From positions 1,696,001 to 1,760,000 of the forward strand of contig OZ241892.1 in the NCBI GenBank assembly GCA_965203485.1: a DNA stretch of 64,000 nucleotides, read 5' to 3'. Below the pieces are notes generated by a model. The model searched no databases and was not told the origin of the DNA. It worked only from the letters and a program-made list of their open reading frames with translations. The position numbers were made by a program, and so were the translations under genes. This document shows positions 10,043-19,386 of the stretch, piece after piece; position 1 is the stretch's first letter, and each line of letters begins with the position of its first letter. This DNA is from Longimicrobiales bacterium. Lineage in GTDB: Bacteria > Gemmatimonadota > Gemmatimonadetes > Longimicrobiales > Gaopeijiaceae.

Positions 10043-11593
10043 ATGCCGACCAACCAAACAAGATGTTCGCCTTACGCCCCCCTCCGCAGGCGGACGTTCG
10101 CCGCGGCAACCGCAGTCCTCGCGAGCGCGTCCGTCCCTGCTCCGGTTCCGCTCGGGGCGCAGGAGCGCGTGCCCGAGTCGCTTGCTCTGGACGAAGCCGT
10201 CGAGATCGCCCTTCGCAACAGCCCCGACGTCTTGGCCCGGCGCAACGACGTGCGCGTCGCCGACTGGGACGTGCGCGCGGCCTACGGCGACTGGGTCCCT
10301 TCCGCGTCCGCGAGTTCGTCCTTCTCATGGCGGGGTTCCGGCGAGGAGAGGTTCGGCACGATCACCGCCAACCAGCTGGGCGTCACCGGACAGCCTTCGT
10401 ACCTCACCAGCTCCTACAGCCTGGGACTGAGCTTTTCGGTCAGCGGCAGGAAGCTGTTCGCCACGGGGCAGGCCAAGCGCAATCGAGAAGCCGTGCAGGC
10501 CCGCGTCGCCGCCGCCGAGAACGCGTTGCGGCGCGACGTCGCCAAGGCGTACCTGTCCGTGCTGCGCGAAATTGAAGGACGCGCCGTGTCCGAGCAGGAG
10601 CTGGAGGGCGCCGAACTCAACCTGCGCCTGGCCGAAGGCCGCTTGGAAGTCGGGTCGGGCGACGCCATCGAAGTGGCCCAGGCGGAGGTGAACGTGGGCC
10701 GGGCCAGGATCACGCTGCTCCGCGCGCAGGCTCAGGTGCGCAACACCCGCCTCCGCCTCCTGCAGCTGATGGGCGTGCCGCTGGACGCGGAGCCGGCGCT
10801 CGTCACCGCCTTCACGGTCGAGGAGCCGAGCTGGACGGCGACAGGGCTGATCTCGCTGGCGATGAGCGGCAGTCCCGACGTCAAGGCGGCCAGGGCCAGC
10901 GAGGAATCGGCGCGGTACGACGTACGCAATGCCCGCTCTTCCTACTTCCCGACGCTCTCTATCTCAACGGGCTTTTCCGGGTTCGCCCAGCAGGCGAGCA
11001 GCACCGCATCCCAGGAGGCGCGGGCGATCGCGGCGGGCGAGGCGGCCGTGCGGAACTGCGCCGCGCAGAACGACCTGTTCTCCCGCCTGACGCCCCCGTT
11101 GCCGCCCCGGGACTGCAGCGGGCTGGCGACTCCCGAGTCCGTTCTCCAGGCCATCCGCGCCGGCAACGACGCGTTTCCCTTCGACTTCACCCGCTCGCCG
11201 CCGTCGGTCGGCCTCTCGATCTCGGTGCCGGTGTTCCAGGGTCTGTCGCGGCAACGCGGAGTCGAAGCGGCCAGGGCGGCCTTGAGCGATTCGCGCTACC
11301 AGCTGCGTCAGCAGGAGCTGGCCCTCCAAGCCGACGTCGAAGTGCAGCTGGAGCTCGTTCGCACCTCCTTCGCCACCGCAGTGCTCGAAGAGCGGAACCA
11401 GACGTTGGCCGACGACCAGCTCCGGCGCGCGCGGGAACGTTACCGGCTCGGGCTCTCCGACTTCCTCGAGCTGTCGGAGGCCGTGACGGTCAAGGCCCGC
11501 GCCGACCGAGAGCGCATCTTCTCCGTCTTCGTCTACCATGAAGCCATCGCCGACTTGGAGGCCACGGTCGGCGCTCCCTTGAGGAACCCGTGA
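10043..11593 (+). CDS. TolC family outer membrane efflux protein
   Basis: Signal peptide, LDEAVEIALRNSP, two OEP-like repeats (YFPTLS..., ERYRLGLSDFLEL); heads the efflux operon. Confidence 0.88.
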   Translation: MPTNQTRCSPYAPLRRRTFAAATAVLASASVPAPVPLGAQERVPESLALDEAVEIALRNSPDVLARRNDVRVADWDVRAAYGDWVPSASASSSFSWRGSGEERFGTITANQLGVTGQPSYLTSSYSLGLSFSVSGRKLFATGQAKRNREAVQARVAAAENALRRDVAKAYLSVLREIEGRAVSEQELEGAELNLRLAEGRLEVGSGDAIEVAQAEVNVGRARITLLRAQAQVRNTRLRLLQLMGVPLDAEPALVTAFTVEEPSWTATGLISLAMSGSPDVKAARASEESARYDVRNARSSYFPTLSISTGFSGFAQQASSTASQEARAIAAGEAAVRNCAAQNDLFSRLTPPLPPRDCSGLATPESVLQAIRAGNDAFPFDFTRSPPSVGLSISVPVFQGLSRQRGVEAARAALSDSRYQLRQQELALQADVEVQLELVRTSFATAVLEERNQTLADDQLRRARERYRLGLSDFLELSEAVTVKARADRERIFSVFVYHEAIADLEATVGAPLRNP

Positions 11594-11600
11594 CCCCATC

Positions 11601-12884
11601 ATGAAGACCAGAACCAAAGTCCTCCTAGGAGTCGGCGGCGTCGGCGTGCTCGCGGTGCTGACCGCCCTCAACCTCGCAGGCCGCCAAGCCGGCGGCGTCG
11701 CCGTGCGCGTCGAGGAAGTGGGCGAGCGCGACCTCGTCGAAAAGATCACCGCCAGCGGCAACGTTCGCGCCCGGCGCAAGGTGGACATCAGCTCCGACAT
11801 CTCGGCCCGGGTCACCGAGCTGCTCGTGGAGGAGGGCGACGAGGTGGCGGAAGGCCAGGTACTGCTCCGCCTCGACCAGAGCCGCTTCCAGGCGAGCCTT
11901 GACCGCAACCGCGCGCAACTCAACCAAGCCCGCACGCAGGTCGCCCAGGCAAGGGCGAACTTCGCCAAGGCCGAGCGCGACACCGAACGCTTGGCCTCGC
12001 TGCACGCGCGCGACTCGTTGCTCGTCAGCCGCCAGGCTCTCGACGATGCGCGAACGGACCTAGAGATCAGGCGCGCGAGCCTGCAGTCGGCGGAATTCGG
12101 CGTCGGCCAGGCTCAAGCCGCCGTCGCCGAAACGCAGGAGGACCTCTCCAAGACCGTCATCCGAGCGCCCATGTCCGGCAAGATCACCAGGCTCAACGTC
12201 GAGCAGGGCGAGACCGTGATCGTGGGCACGATGAACAATCCGGGCAGCTTGGTGCTCACCGTGTCCGACCTGTCCGTGATGGAAGTCGTGCTGGAAGTCG
12301 ACGAGACCGACGTGCCGGCGATCGAGCTGGGCGACAGCGCCGCGGTGGAACTCGATGCCTTCTCGGGCCGCGCCTTTCCCGGCATCGTCACGGAGATCGG
12401 CAACAGCGCGATCCGGGCGCCGTCCGCCAGCGCAGGGCAGACGCCGACGATTGACTTCGAGGTCGTCGTCACGCTGGGCGAGACCGACGTGGAGTTGCGC
12501 CCGGACCTCTCGGCCACCGCCGACGTGGTGACGGAAGTCCGGGACGGCCAGCTCAGCATTCCCATCATCGCGCTCACGGTGCGCGAGCCCGACGACGTGG
12601 ACGGGCCGGACGCCGCCGCGCCCCAAGACGCCGAGGAGCCATCTCCCGCGGCCGAGGACGCGGAGCCGATCGAAGGCGTGTTCGTCGTGCAAGACGGCAC
12701 GGTTGCCTTCACTCCCGTGGAGATCGGCATCACCGGCGACGAGTACTTCGAAGTCCTTTCGGGCCTCGTTGCAGGCGACACCGTGGTGAGCGGACCGTAC
12801 CAAGTGGTGCGCACGCTGTCCACCGGCGACCGGGTGCGTACCGAGAACAGATTCGGATCGTCCCGGCAGGACACCGAGAGCTGA
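11601..12884 (+). CDS. MacA/HlyD-type periplasmic adaptor subunit
   Basis: N-terminal TM, lipoyl halves LLVEEGDEV and IRAPMSG, VDETDV, EVLSGL. Confidence 0.9.
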   Translation: MKTRTKVLLGVGGVGVLAVLTALNLAGRQAGGVAVRVEEVGERDLVEKITASGNVRARRKVDISSDISARVTELLVEEGDEVAEGQVLLRLDQSRFQASLDRNRAQLNQARTQVAQARANFAKAERDTERLASLHARDSLLVSRQALDDARTDLEIRRASLQSAEFGVGQAQAAVAETQEDLSKTVIRAPMSGKITRLNVEQGETVIVGTMNNPGSLVLTVSDLSVMEVVLEVDETDVPAIELGDSAAVELDAFSGRAFPGIVTEIGNSAIRAPSASAGQTPTIDFEVVVTLGETDVELRPDLSATADVVTEVRDGQLSIPIIALTVREPDDVDGPDAAAPQDAEEPSPAAEDAEPIEGVFVVQDGTVAFTPVEIGITGDEYFEVLSGLVAGDTVVSGPYQVVRTLSTGDRVRTENRFGSSRQDTES

Positions 12885-12896
12885 CGCGGACTCGCC

Positions 12897-14138
12897 GTGA
12901 AGATCCTCGAAGGCGCGCATCTGGCCGTCGGCCAGATCAGGGCTCAGAAGCTCAAGAGCTTCTTCAGTCTCCTGGGCGTGATCGTCGGGGTGATGTTCCT
13001 GGTCGTCGTGGTCGGGATCGTCGAGGGCGTGGACCGCTACATGCGCGACACGCTCACGGAGCGGATCTTCGGCGTGAACACCGTGACGGTGCGAAGGTGG
13101 CCCCGCAACGTCGTGAACGCGAGCGACGAGCAGTGGAGAGCATGGTTTCGGGCGCCTAGGCTCACGTACGACGACCTGGAGCACCTGCGGGAGCGGGTCA
13201 CCTTGCCGGCCACGATCGGTGCGCTGTCGTCCGCGACGGGAGACGTGGAGTCGCCGCGCGGCCTCACGGTCGAGAACGTGCGCATCATGGGCGCGACGGC
13301 GGAAATGTTCGCGGTCCGCAACTGGCGGCCCAGCGCCGGCAGGGTCTTCAGCCCGCAGGAGGAGCGCCAGGGCGTGCCCGTGGTGGTCCTGGGCGCGGGC
13401 ACGGCGGAGACCCTCTTCGGGGGCCTCGATCCCCTCGGCAAGGTCGTGCGCATTCGAGGCTTTCCGTACCGGGTCGTCGGCGTGCTGGAAGAGCAGGGTT
13501 CGTTGCTGGGCCGGTCGCTGGACAACCTTGCCATCGCCCCGGCGCGCTCGCCCGTCCGCAACTTCACGACCGGACACGGCAAGGTCGAAGAGATCGTGCT
13601 CATGACCGACGCGCCGGAGCAAGTGAACGCGTTGCAGCAGGAGACCGAAGAGATCATGCGGGTGCGACGGCAACTGCGCCCCGACGAACTCAACAACTTC
13701 GGGGCCCAGACCTCGGAGGCGTCGCTGGCGTTCTGGGACAGAGTCAGCAACCTGCTGTTCGTGGCGCTGCCCGGGCTGGTGGCGATTTCGCTCGTCGTGG
13801 GCGGCATCGTGATCATGAACATCATGTTGGTCACGGTGATGGAGCGAACCCGCGAGATCGGCGTTCGCAAGGCGCTGGGGGCCCGTCGCCGCGACATTCT
13901 GGCGCAGGTCCTCGTGGAGACGATTACGCTTTCCGGCATCGGCGCGCTGATCGGCGTGGGCATAGGCGCCGGGCTGACGTTGCTCGTAGCGGCTCTCTCT
14001 CCGCTTCCCGCGGTCGTCGCGGCCAAGTGGATGGTGTTCGGGGTCGCTCTGGGCGTCGCCGTGGGCGTGGCGTCGGGCGTCTACCCGGCGGCCCGGGCCG
14101 CCAAGCTGGACCCGGTGGACGCGCTGAGGTACGAATAG
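12897..14138 (+). CDS. MacB/FtsX-type ABC transporter permease
   Basis: ISLVVGGIVIMNIMLVTVMERTREIGVRKALGA; C-terminal AAKLDPVDALRYE. Confidence 0.92.
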   Translation: MKILEGAHLAVGQIRAQKLKSFFSLLGVIVGVMFLVVVVGIVEGVDRYMRDTLTERIFGVNTVTVRRWPRNVVNASDEQWRAWFRAPRLTYDDLEHLRERVTLPATIGALSSATGDVESPRGLTVENVRIMGATAEMFAVRNWRPSAGRVFSPQEERQGVPVVVLGAGTAETLFGGLDPLGKVVRIRGFPYRVVGVLEEQGSLLGRSLDNLAIAPARSPVRNFTTGHGKVEEIVLMTDAPEQVNALQQETEEIMRVRRQLRPDELNNFGAQTSEASLAFWDRVSNLLFVALPGLVAISLVVGGIVIMNIMLVTVMERTREIGVRKALGARRRDILAQVLVETITLSGIGALIGVGIGAGLTLLVAALSPLPAVVAAKWMVFGVALGVAVGVASGVYPAARAAKLDPVDALRYE

Positions 14139-14170
14139 CCGTGCCAAGACGCATTGTTGCGCGCACTTGG

Positions 14171-15412
14171 GTGCTGAGGGAGAGCCTGCTGGTCGCGTTG
14201 GACGCGCTTCGGGCAAACTGGCTGCGCGCCGCCTTGGCGGCGACGGGGGTGGGTGTCGGCGCCGGCGTGGTGGTGGCGATCGCGGCGCTGATCACCGGGC
14301 TCCGCACCGAGATCTTGTCGCAGCTCGAGGCGATGGGACCCGACAACTTCATGGTGATGCCGTTCGACATGACCCAGGTTCGGGTTCTGTCGGACGACGC
14401 CCCGTGGTTGGACCGGCCGCAGCTCAGCGATCGCGAGATCGGGCGCATCCAAGGCCTGCCGCCGATCTCGGAGGCCGTCGTCGGGTACAACTTCGGCGCA
14501 AGTCTTCGCTACGAGTCCGACTGGATCGACGACGTCTCCTGGCAAGCCACGTCGGTCGGATGGATCAACTACACGACGGGCGACATGGTGGTGGGACGCG
14601 ACTTCACCAACGCGGACATGCAGGAGAGCCGCCGGGTAGTCGTCGTCACAGAGAAGCTCGCCGAGGCGTTGTTCGGTCTATCCGACCCGATCGGCAAACG
14701 CGTGCGGGTGCATGCGGGACGGCGCGCGGCCAACGAGCGCTTCACCGTGATCGGCGTCTTCAGGCCCACGGAGAACGTGTTCGCCGAAGGGCAGCCCAAC
14801 GTCGCGCTGGTGCCCTACACCACGGCCGACCGCCGCCTGAAGGCCCGCGACCGCTGGACCTTCGTCAACCTCCAAGTAGTGCCGAAGCGGGGCGCGTCCG
14901 AGGAAGCGGAGCACCAAATCACTTCCACGCTCCGAACGATGCGCGGACTCGGGCCGGCCGACGACAACAACTTCGCCATCGTGCGCTCCTTTCAGATGGT
15001 CGAGTTCTTCAACGACCTGACCCGAGCGTTCTTTCTAATCATGGTCGCGCTCTCGTCGGTCGGACTGATGGTCGGCGGCATCGGCGTGATCGGAATCATG
15101 CTGATCTCGGTGACCGAGCGGACGCGCGAGATCGGCGTGCGCAAGGCGCTGGGCGCGACGCGGCGCGAGATCATGTGGCAGTTCCTGCTCGAAGCGTCGC
15201 TCTTGACGGCGCTGGGTGGCGCAACCGGACTCCTGCTTGGCTGGAGCCTGTCGGAGGTGGTCGCCGCCATCTCGCCCCTGCCCGCCCGCATTCCGCTCTG
15301 GTCAGTGTTCGCCGCGATCGGAACGTCCGCGCTGACCGGCGTCGTCTTCGGTCTGCTTCCCGCCGTGCGGGCGTCCAAGCTCGACCCCGTGGACGCGCTT
15401 CGGTACGAATGA
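14171..15412 (+). CDS. MacB/FtsX-type ABC transporter permease (second paralog)
   Basis: VGGIGVIGIMLISVTERTREIGVRKALGA; C-terminal ASKLDPVDALRYE; alternative GTG at 14141. Confidence 0.9.
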   Translation: MLRESLLVALDALRANWLRAALAATGVGVGAGVVVAIAALITGLRTEILSQLEAMGPDNFMVMPFDMTQVRVLSDDAPWLDRPQLSDREIGRIQGLPPISEAVVGYNFGASLRYESDWIDDVSWQATSVGWINYTTGDMVVGRDFTNADMQESRRVVVVTEKLAEALFGLSDPIGKRVRVHAGRRAANERFTVIGVFRPTENVFAEGQPNVALVPYTTADRRLKARDRWTFVNLQVVPKRGASEEAEHQITSTLRTMRGLGPADDNNFAIVRSFQMVEFFNDLTRAFFLIMVALSSVGLMVGGIGVIGIMLISVTERTREIGVRKALGATRREIMWQFLLEASLLTALGGATGLLLGWSLSEVVAAISPLPARIPLWSVFAAIGTSALTGVVFGLLPAVRASKLDPVDALRYE

Positions 15413-16134
15413 CCGAACCGCTGGACGTGCTGGCGGTCATGGCGCATCCCGACGACGCCGAGATGCTGTGCGGCGGCGCCCTGGTCAAGTCGGCCGACCG
15501 CGGGGAGCGAACGGGCGTCCTGGACCTCACGGCCGGCGAGAGAGGATCGCGCGGCACGCCCGAGAGCCGGGCCCGCGAGGCGGAAGCCGCCGCAGAGGTC
15601 ATGGGCCTTGCGGTCCGCCGGTGCGCGGGCTTGCCGGACGGCGCGCTCGCCGACGACCTGGAGTCGCGGACCGCGGTCGCCCGGTTGCTTCGCGAGCTGC
15701 GGCCCCGCGTCGTCGTGGCGCACTGGAAGCGCGGCCGTCACCCAGACCATGGCGTGGCGGCTCGTCTCGCGCGCAAAGCGTCTTTTCTGGCGGGCCTGAA
15801 GAACTTCCCCTGCACCGGAGTTCCGCACCGGCCGCACAAGGTGGTGCATGCGCTCGCCTTCCGGGAAGCCGAAGCGAGGCCCACGTTCGTGGTGGACGTC
15901 ACCCGGCAGATGGACCGCAAGCTGGCGGCCCTCGATGCCTACGGCTCGCAGTTCGAGGGCGCAACGGGCATGGGCGAGGCATTGCCGGCCGGCGACCGGC
16001 CCCTGATGGAGCAGGTCCGGTGCGTGCACGCCAAGTACGGGGCGCTGATCCGCCGTCGTTACGGCGAGCCGTACTGGACCGAGGAGACCGTGGCTGTGGC
16101 GACCCTGGGATCCGCGGGCGTCTCCAGCTTCTGA
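15409..16134 (+). CDS. bshB1: PIG-L family deacetylase, bacillithiol biosynthesis BshB1-like
   Basis: AHPDDAE, DLTAGERGSRGT, RHPDH, AYGSQF; ATGA overlap with the permease stop. Confidence 0.8.
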   Translation: MTEPLDVLAVMAHPDDAEMLCGGALVKSADRGERTGVLDLTAGERGSRGTPESRAREAEAAAEVMGLAVRRCAGLPDGALADDLESRTAVARLLRELRPRVVVAHWKRGRHPDHGVAARLARKASFLAGLKNFPCTGVPHRPHKVVHALAFREAEARPTFVVDVTRQMDRKLAALDAYGSQFEGATGMGEALPAGDRPLMEQVRCVHAKYGALIRRRYGEPYWTEETVAVATLGSAGVSSF

Positions 16135-16164
16135 GCGGCAAGCCCTGCGCGGAGCCCGCGCGGG

Positions 16165-17643
16165 TCAGGGGCGGACACCTTGGCCGTGCAACCAGCCCTC
16201 GACGATGCTTCGTATCTCCGCCAAGCCGGCTTCGGTGCGCGCCTCGTAGCGCGCCACGATCACGGGTTGCGTGTTGGAGGCGCGGATCAACGCCCAGCCG
16301 CCGTCGAACAGGATCCGCGCGCCGTCCAAGGCGATCACCTCGTGCGTCCTGGAGAAGCGCTCGCGCGCTCTCGCCACGATCTCGAACTTGTCCTCGTCGG
16401 CGACGGCGATGCGCAACTCCGGCGTGGACGCCAGCGACGGCAGGACGGCGGTCATCTCGGACAAGCGGCGCGCGCTGGACCGCAACATCCGCACGAGTCG
16501 GCATGCCGCGTACAGCGCGTCGTCGAAGCCCAGGTACTCGTCCGCGAAGCAGATGTGCCCGGACAGCTCGCCCGCCAGCAACGCCCCCGTCTCCCACATC
16601 TTTTCCTTGATCAGCGAGTGGCCGGTCTTCCACATCACCGGCACGCCGCCGGCCTTCTCCAGCTCTTCCGGCAACGCCTGGGAGCACTTCACGTCGAACA
16701 AGATTCGGCAACCCGGCCCCCGGCGGCGCAACAAGTCGAGTCCGAACAGCAGCAGGAGGGTGTCGCCCGGCACGATGCCGCCGCGATCGTCCACGACGCC
16801 GATGCGATCCGCGTCTCCGTCGAACCCGATGCCGGCGTCGGCCCGGCGCTCCAGCACGTGCGCCGCCAAGTCGGCGACGTTCTCGGCGACGGTGGGATCG
16901 GGATGGTGATTGGGAAACGTCCCGTCCGATTCGCAGTAAAGCGGAATCACTTCGGCGCCGATCGCTTCGAGCAGCTCGACGGCCGCGACGGACGCCGTCC
17001 CGTTGCCGCAGTCGACGACGATCTTGGGGCCGGCGCTCGCGCCGCCTGCGTTCGCCGGGCGGGCGAACCGAGCCGCAATGTCGGCCACGTAGACCGGAAG
17101 CGGATCGACCTGCTCGATGTCGCCGGCTTCCAGCGCCGGCTCGGTCGCGCGGTCCCGGCCGGCACGGTTTTTCCGGTACTTCGCGAAGTCGTCGTCGCGA
17201 GCGCTCGCGGGCTTGTAGTCGGCCTCGCGAATTCGCCGCAGCAACGCCTGCACCACCGCGCCGTACACCGGTCTGGTCCCCATCGTCATCTTGATGCCGT
17301 TGTACTCCGGGGGATTGTGCGATCCGGTGACCTGAACCGCCCCGTCCGAGCCCAGCTCAATTTCGCTGAAGTAGGCCACGGGCGTGGGCACGGTGCCGAG
17401 GCGCGTCACCGCGCAACCTGCAACGCGCAATCCCTTGACCAGCGCGGCGGCCAGCTCGGGCGACGACGGGCGGTTGTCCTGCCCCACGACGACCCTGGCC
17501 ACCCCTTCGCCGCATCGCCCGCGCAACTCGGCGCCGTAGGCCCGGCCCACGGCCCGGGCAACCGCGGCGTCGAGATCGGCGCCGACGATGCCGCGAATGT
17601 CGTACTGGCGGAAGATGCGCGGGTTGGGCGAGACGGCGTTCAC
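16165..17643 (-). CDS. Phosphomannomutase/phosphoglucomutase
   Basis: IFRQYDIRG, TGSHNPPEYNG, FDGDADR, GELSGH, RASNTQP. Confidence 0.93.
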   Translation of the reverse strand: MNAVSPNPRIFRQYDIRGIVGADLDAAVARAVGRAYGAELRGRCGEGVARVVVGQDNRPSSPELAAALVKGLRVAGCAVTRLGTVPTPVAYFSEIELGSDGAVQVTGSHNPPEYNGIKMTMGTRPVYGAVVQALLRRIREADYKPASARDDDFAKYRKNRAGRDRATEPALEAGDIEQVDPLPVYVADIAARFARPANAGGASAGPKIVVDCGNGTASVAAVELLEAIGAEVIPLYCESDGTFPNHHPDPTVAENVADLAAHVLERRADAGIGFDGDADRIGVVDDRGGIVPGDTLLLLFGLDLLRRRGPGCRILFDVKCSQALPEELEKAGGVPVMWKTGHSLIKEKMWETGALLAGELSGHICFADEYLGFDDALYAACRLVRMLRSSARRLSEMTAVLPSLASTPELRIAVADEDKFEIVARARERFSRTHEVIALDGARILFDGGWALIRASNTQPVIVARYEARTEAGLAEIRSIVEGWLHGQGVRP

Positions 17644-17873
17644 GCGCCAAGCCCTTCGTCGTCGCCGGCCCCCGCGCGCGAGCGCCCGGTCCACCGAGAG
17701 GCGAACCGCAACGCCAGCGCGACGACCAAGACCGCGGTCGCGGCCCAAACCAGCCACGGACGCTCCGTCGCAAACCCCGCGAACGCCATCCCGGCGCCCG
17801 CGGCGAACGCCCGAATCTTCCACCGAAGGAACGGGTCGGGTCCGTCGCGGACGGCGCGGGAAGGACGAAACAC
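17640..17873 (-). CDS. Small two-TM membrane protein
   Basis: Two hydrophobic helices; stop overlaps the PMM start (GTGA). Confidence 0.6.
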   Translation of the reverse strand: MFRPSRAVRDGPDPFLRWKIRAFAAGAGMAFAGFATERPWLVWAATAVLVVALALRFASRWTGRSRAGAGDDEGLGA

Positions 17874-18142
17874 GATGGGTCAGCGCTCCGTTGCGCGCGG
17901 GCGCCCGCAGTCGAGCGCGCGGCGCCCGGCCGCAGACGCCGCCTGCGCGACGACGGCACCCCGGCTGATCGAGCGCGACGCGGTCCGTGCGATGGCCTTG
18001 CGGCGGCGGCCGAACGAGCGCGCGCAACAGGCGCGGCCGGGCCCCGCGGGGCAGGTCGGCGGGCACCGCGCCAAAACGCGCAAGCCGGAAAGTCGGAGCA
18101 CGGAACGCGCGCAAGCAATCCGGCTCGGCGGCCACGACAGCG

Positions 18143-18991
18143 TCACCCGTCGGCCTCGGCTTCGGGCCGCAGGAAGGCGGCCACGCCCTCTCGGCACTCC
18201 TGCGTGAGCCGCGCGAGCGCGTTCACCTCGGCGCCGCGCGCCACGGCGTCTTCCAGGGCCGTGCCGTCCAAGCCGTAGAGAAGCCGCTTGGTGACGCTGG
18301 TCGCCAACGGCGGACGAGCCGCCAGCTCCGCCAAGTAGTCCCCCACGCGCACCTCGAAGCCGTCGGCGGCGAAGACTTCGTTCGCCAAGCCCAAGGCCGC
18401 CGCGCGCGCGGCGCCGACCTGCCTTCCCCTCACGGTCAACTCGAAGGCGGCCGACTCGCCCACCTTGCGCCGCAGCAAGGCCGCCGCGATCGCGGGCACG
18501 AATCCCAGCCGCACTTCCGGGTAGCCGAAGCGCGCGTCGTCGCGGGCCAGCGCCAAGTCGCAGGCCGTGGCCAGCGCGCAACCGCCGGCCAGCGCCCGTC
18601 CCGTGACCACGGCCACGACCGGCTTCGGCAGACGGCGGATGCGCAAGAACAGGTCGCCCAGGCGCTGCGCGTCCGCCAAGCCGGCCTCGGGGCCTTCGGC
18701 CTGGGACGCAGCGAGGGCGCGGAGGTCGGCTCCGGCGCAAAAGTCGGGCTCCACGCCGCGAATCGCGACGACGCGCACGGCGGCGTCGGCCTCGACCGAG
18801 TCGAGGACGCTTCGAAGCGCCGCCACCATCTCCGCGTCCAGCGCGTTGCGCCGTTCGGGGCGGGCGAGTTGGATGGTCAGCACGGCGCCGGCCGCGCCTA
18901 GCCGCAACGGCCCCGAAGCCGCGACGCCGCTCACGCCTGCGGCGTCGGTCTCGGCGCCCGGCAACGGCCTGACGGTCCGATCGCCGCTCAT
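18143..18991 (-). CDS. Enoyl-CoA hydratase (methylglutaconyl-CoA hydratase-like)
   Basis: RPERRNAL, FCAGADL, ALAGG, FGYPEVRLGFVP. Confidence 0.88.
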   Translation of the reverse strand: MSGDRTVRPLPGAETDAAGVSGVAASGPLRLGAAGAVLTIQLARPERRNALDAEMVAALRSVLDSVEADAAVRVVAIRGVEPDFCAGADLRALAASQAEGPEAGLADAQRLGDLFLRIRRLPKPVVAVVTGRALAGGCALATACDLALARDDARFGYPEVRLGFVPAIAAALLRRKVGESAAFELTVRGRQVGAARAAALGLANEVFAADGFEVRVGDYLAELAARPPLATSVTKRLLYGLDGTALEDAVARGAEVNALARLTQECREGVAAFLRPEAEADG

Positions 18992-19380
18992 GGCGCCGGC
19001 GCTCGCGCAGCCGGCCCCGGCGACGGCGGACGCCCGCGTCCCCGAACGCGCCGCGCCACCTCGTCGGGCACTTCGATCTCCATGCGCAGCAACGCCGTGC
19101 TGAAGACCTTCCCCTGGGCGTCCGTCATGAGGGACACCGTTCCGCCCCCGTCCAGCGCGCCGTGCAGGAGGAAGTTGAGCGCGTGGAGGTTGGGGAGCTC
19201 GAAGCGCTCCACGCCACCCTTCGCCAACGATCTAAAGTGATGCTTGACTTTGTCGGTCGTAACATGCTTCTTAATAAGAAGATAGTCTTCTGGTTCGTAC
19301 GCGATCAGACCCACGTTCACGGTATCGCCCTTGTCTCCGGAGCGCGCGTGCGCCAGCTCCAGAAGCCGCACTTTGGCCAT
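18988..19380 (-). CDS. AtuA-related small (ferredoxin-fold) protein
   Basis: AHARSGDKGD, ALNFLLHGALDGGG, DAQGK motifs. Confidence 0.85.
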   Translation of the reverse strand: MAKVRLLELAHARSGDKGDTVNVGLIAYEPEDYLLIKKHVTTDKVKHHFRSLAKGGVERFELPNLHALNFLLHGALDGGGTVSLMTDAQGKVFSTALLRMEIEVPDEVARRVRGRGRPPSPGPAARAPAP

Positions 19381-19386
19381 TCGGGG

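Noticed and set aside
17880..18146. 88-aa Cys/Arg-rich ORF overlapping the hydratase stop
   Set aside because: Cys and Arg codons are expected from GC-rich non-coding DNA; no metal-binding pattern
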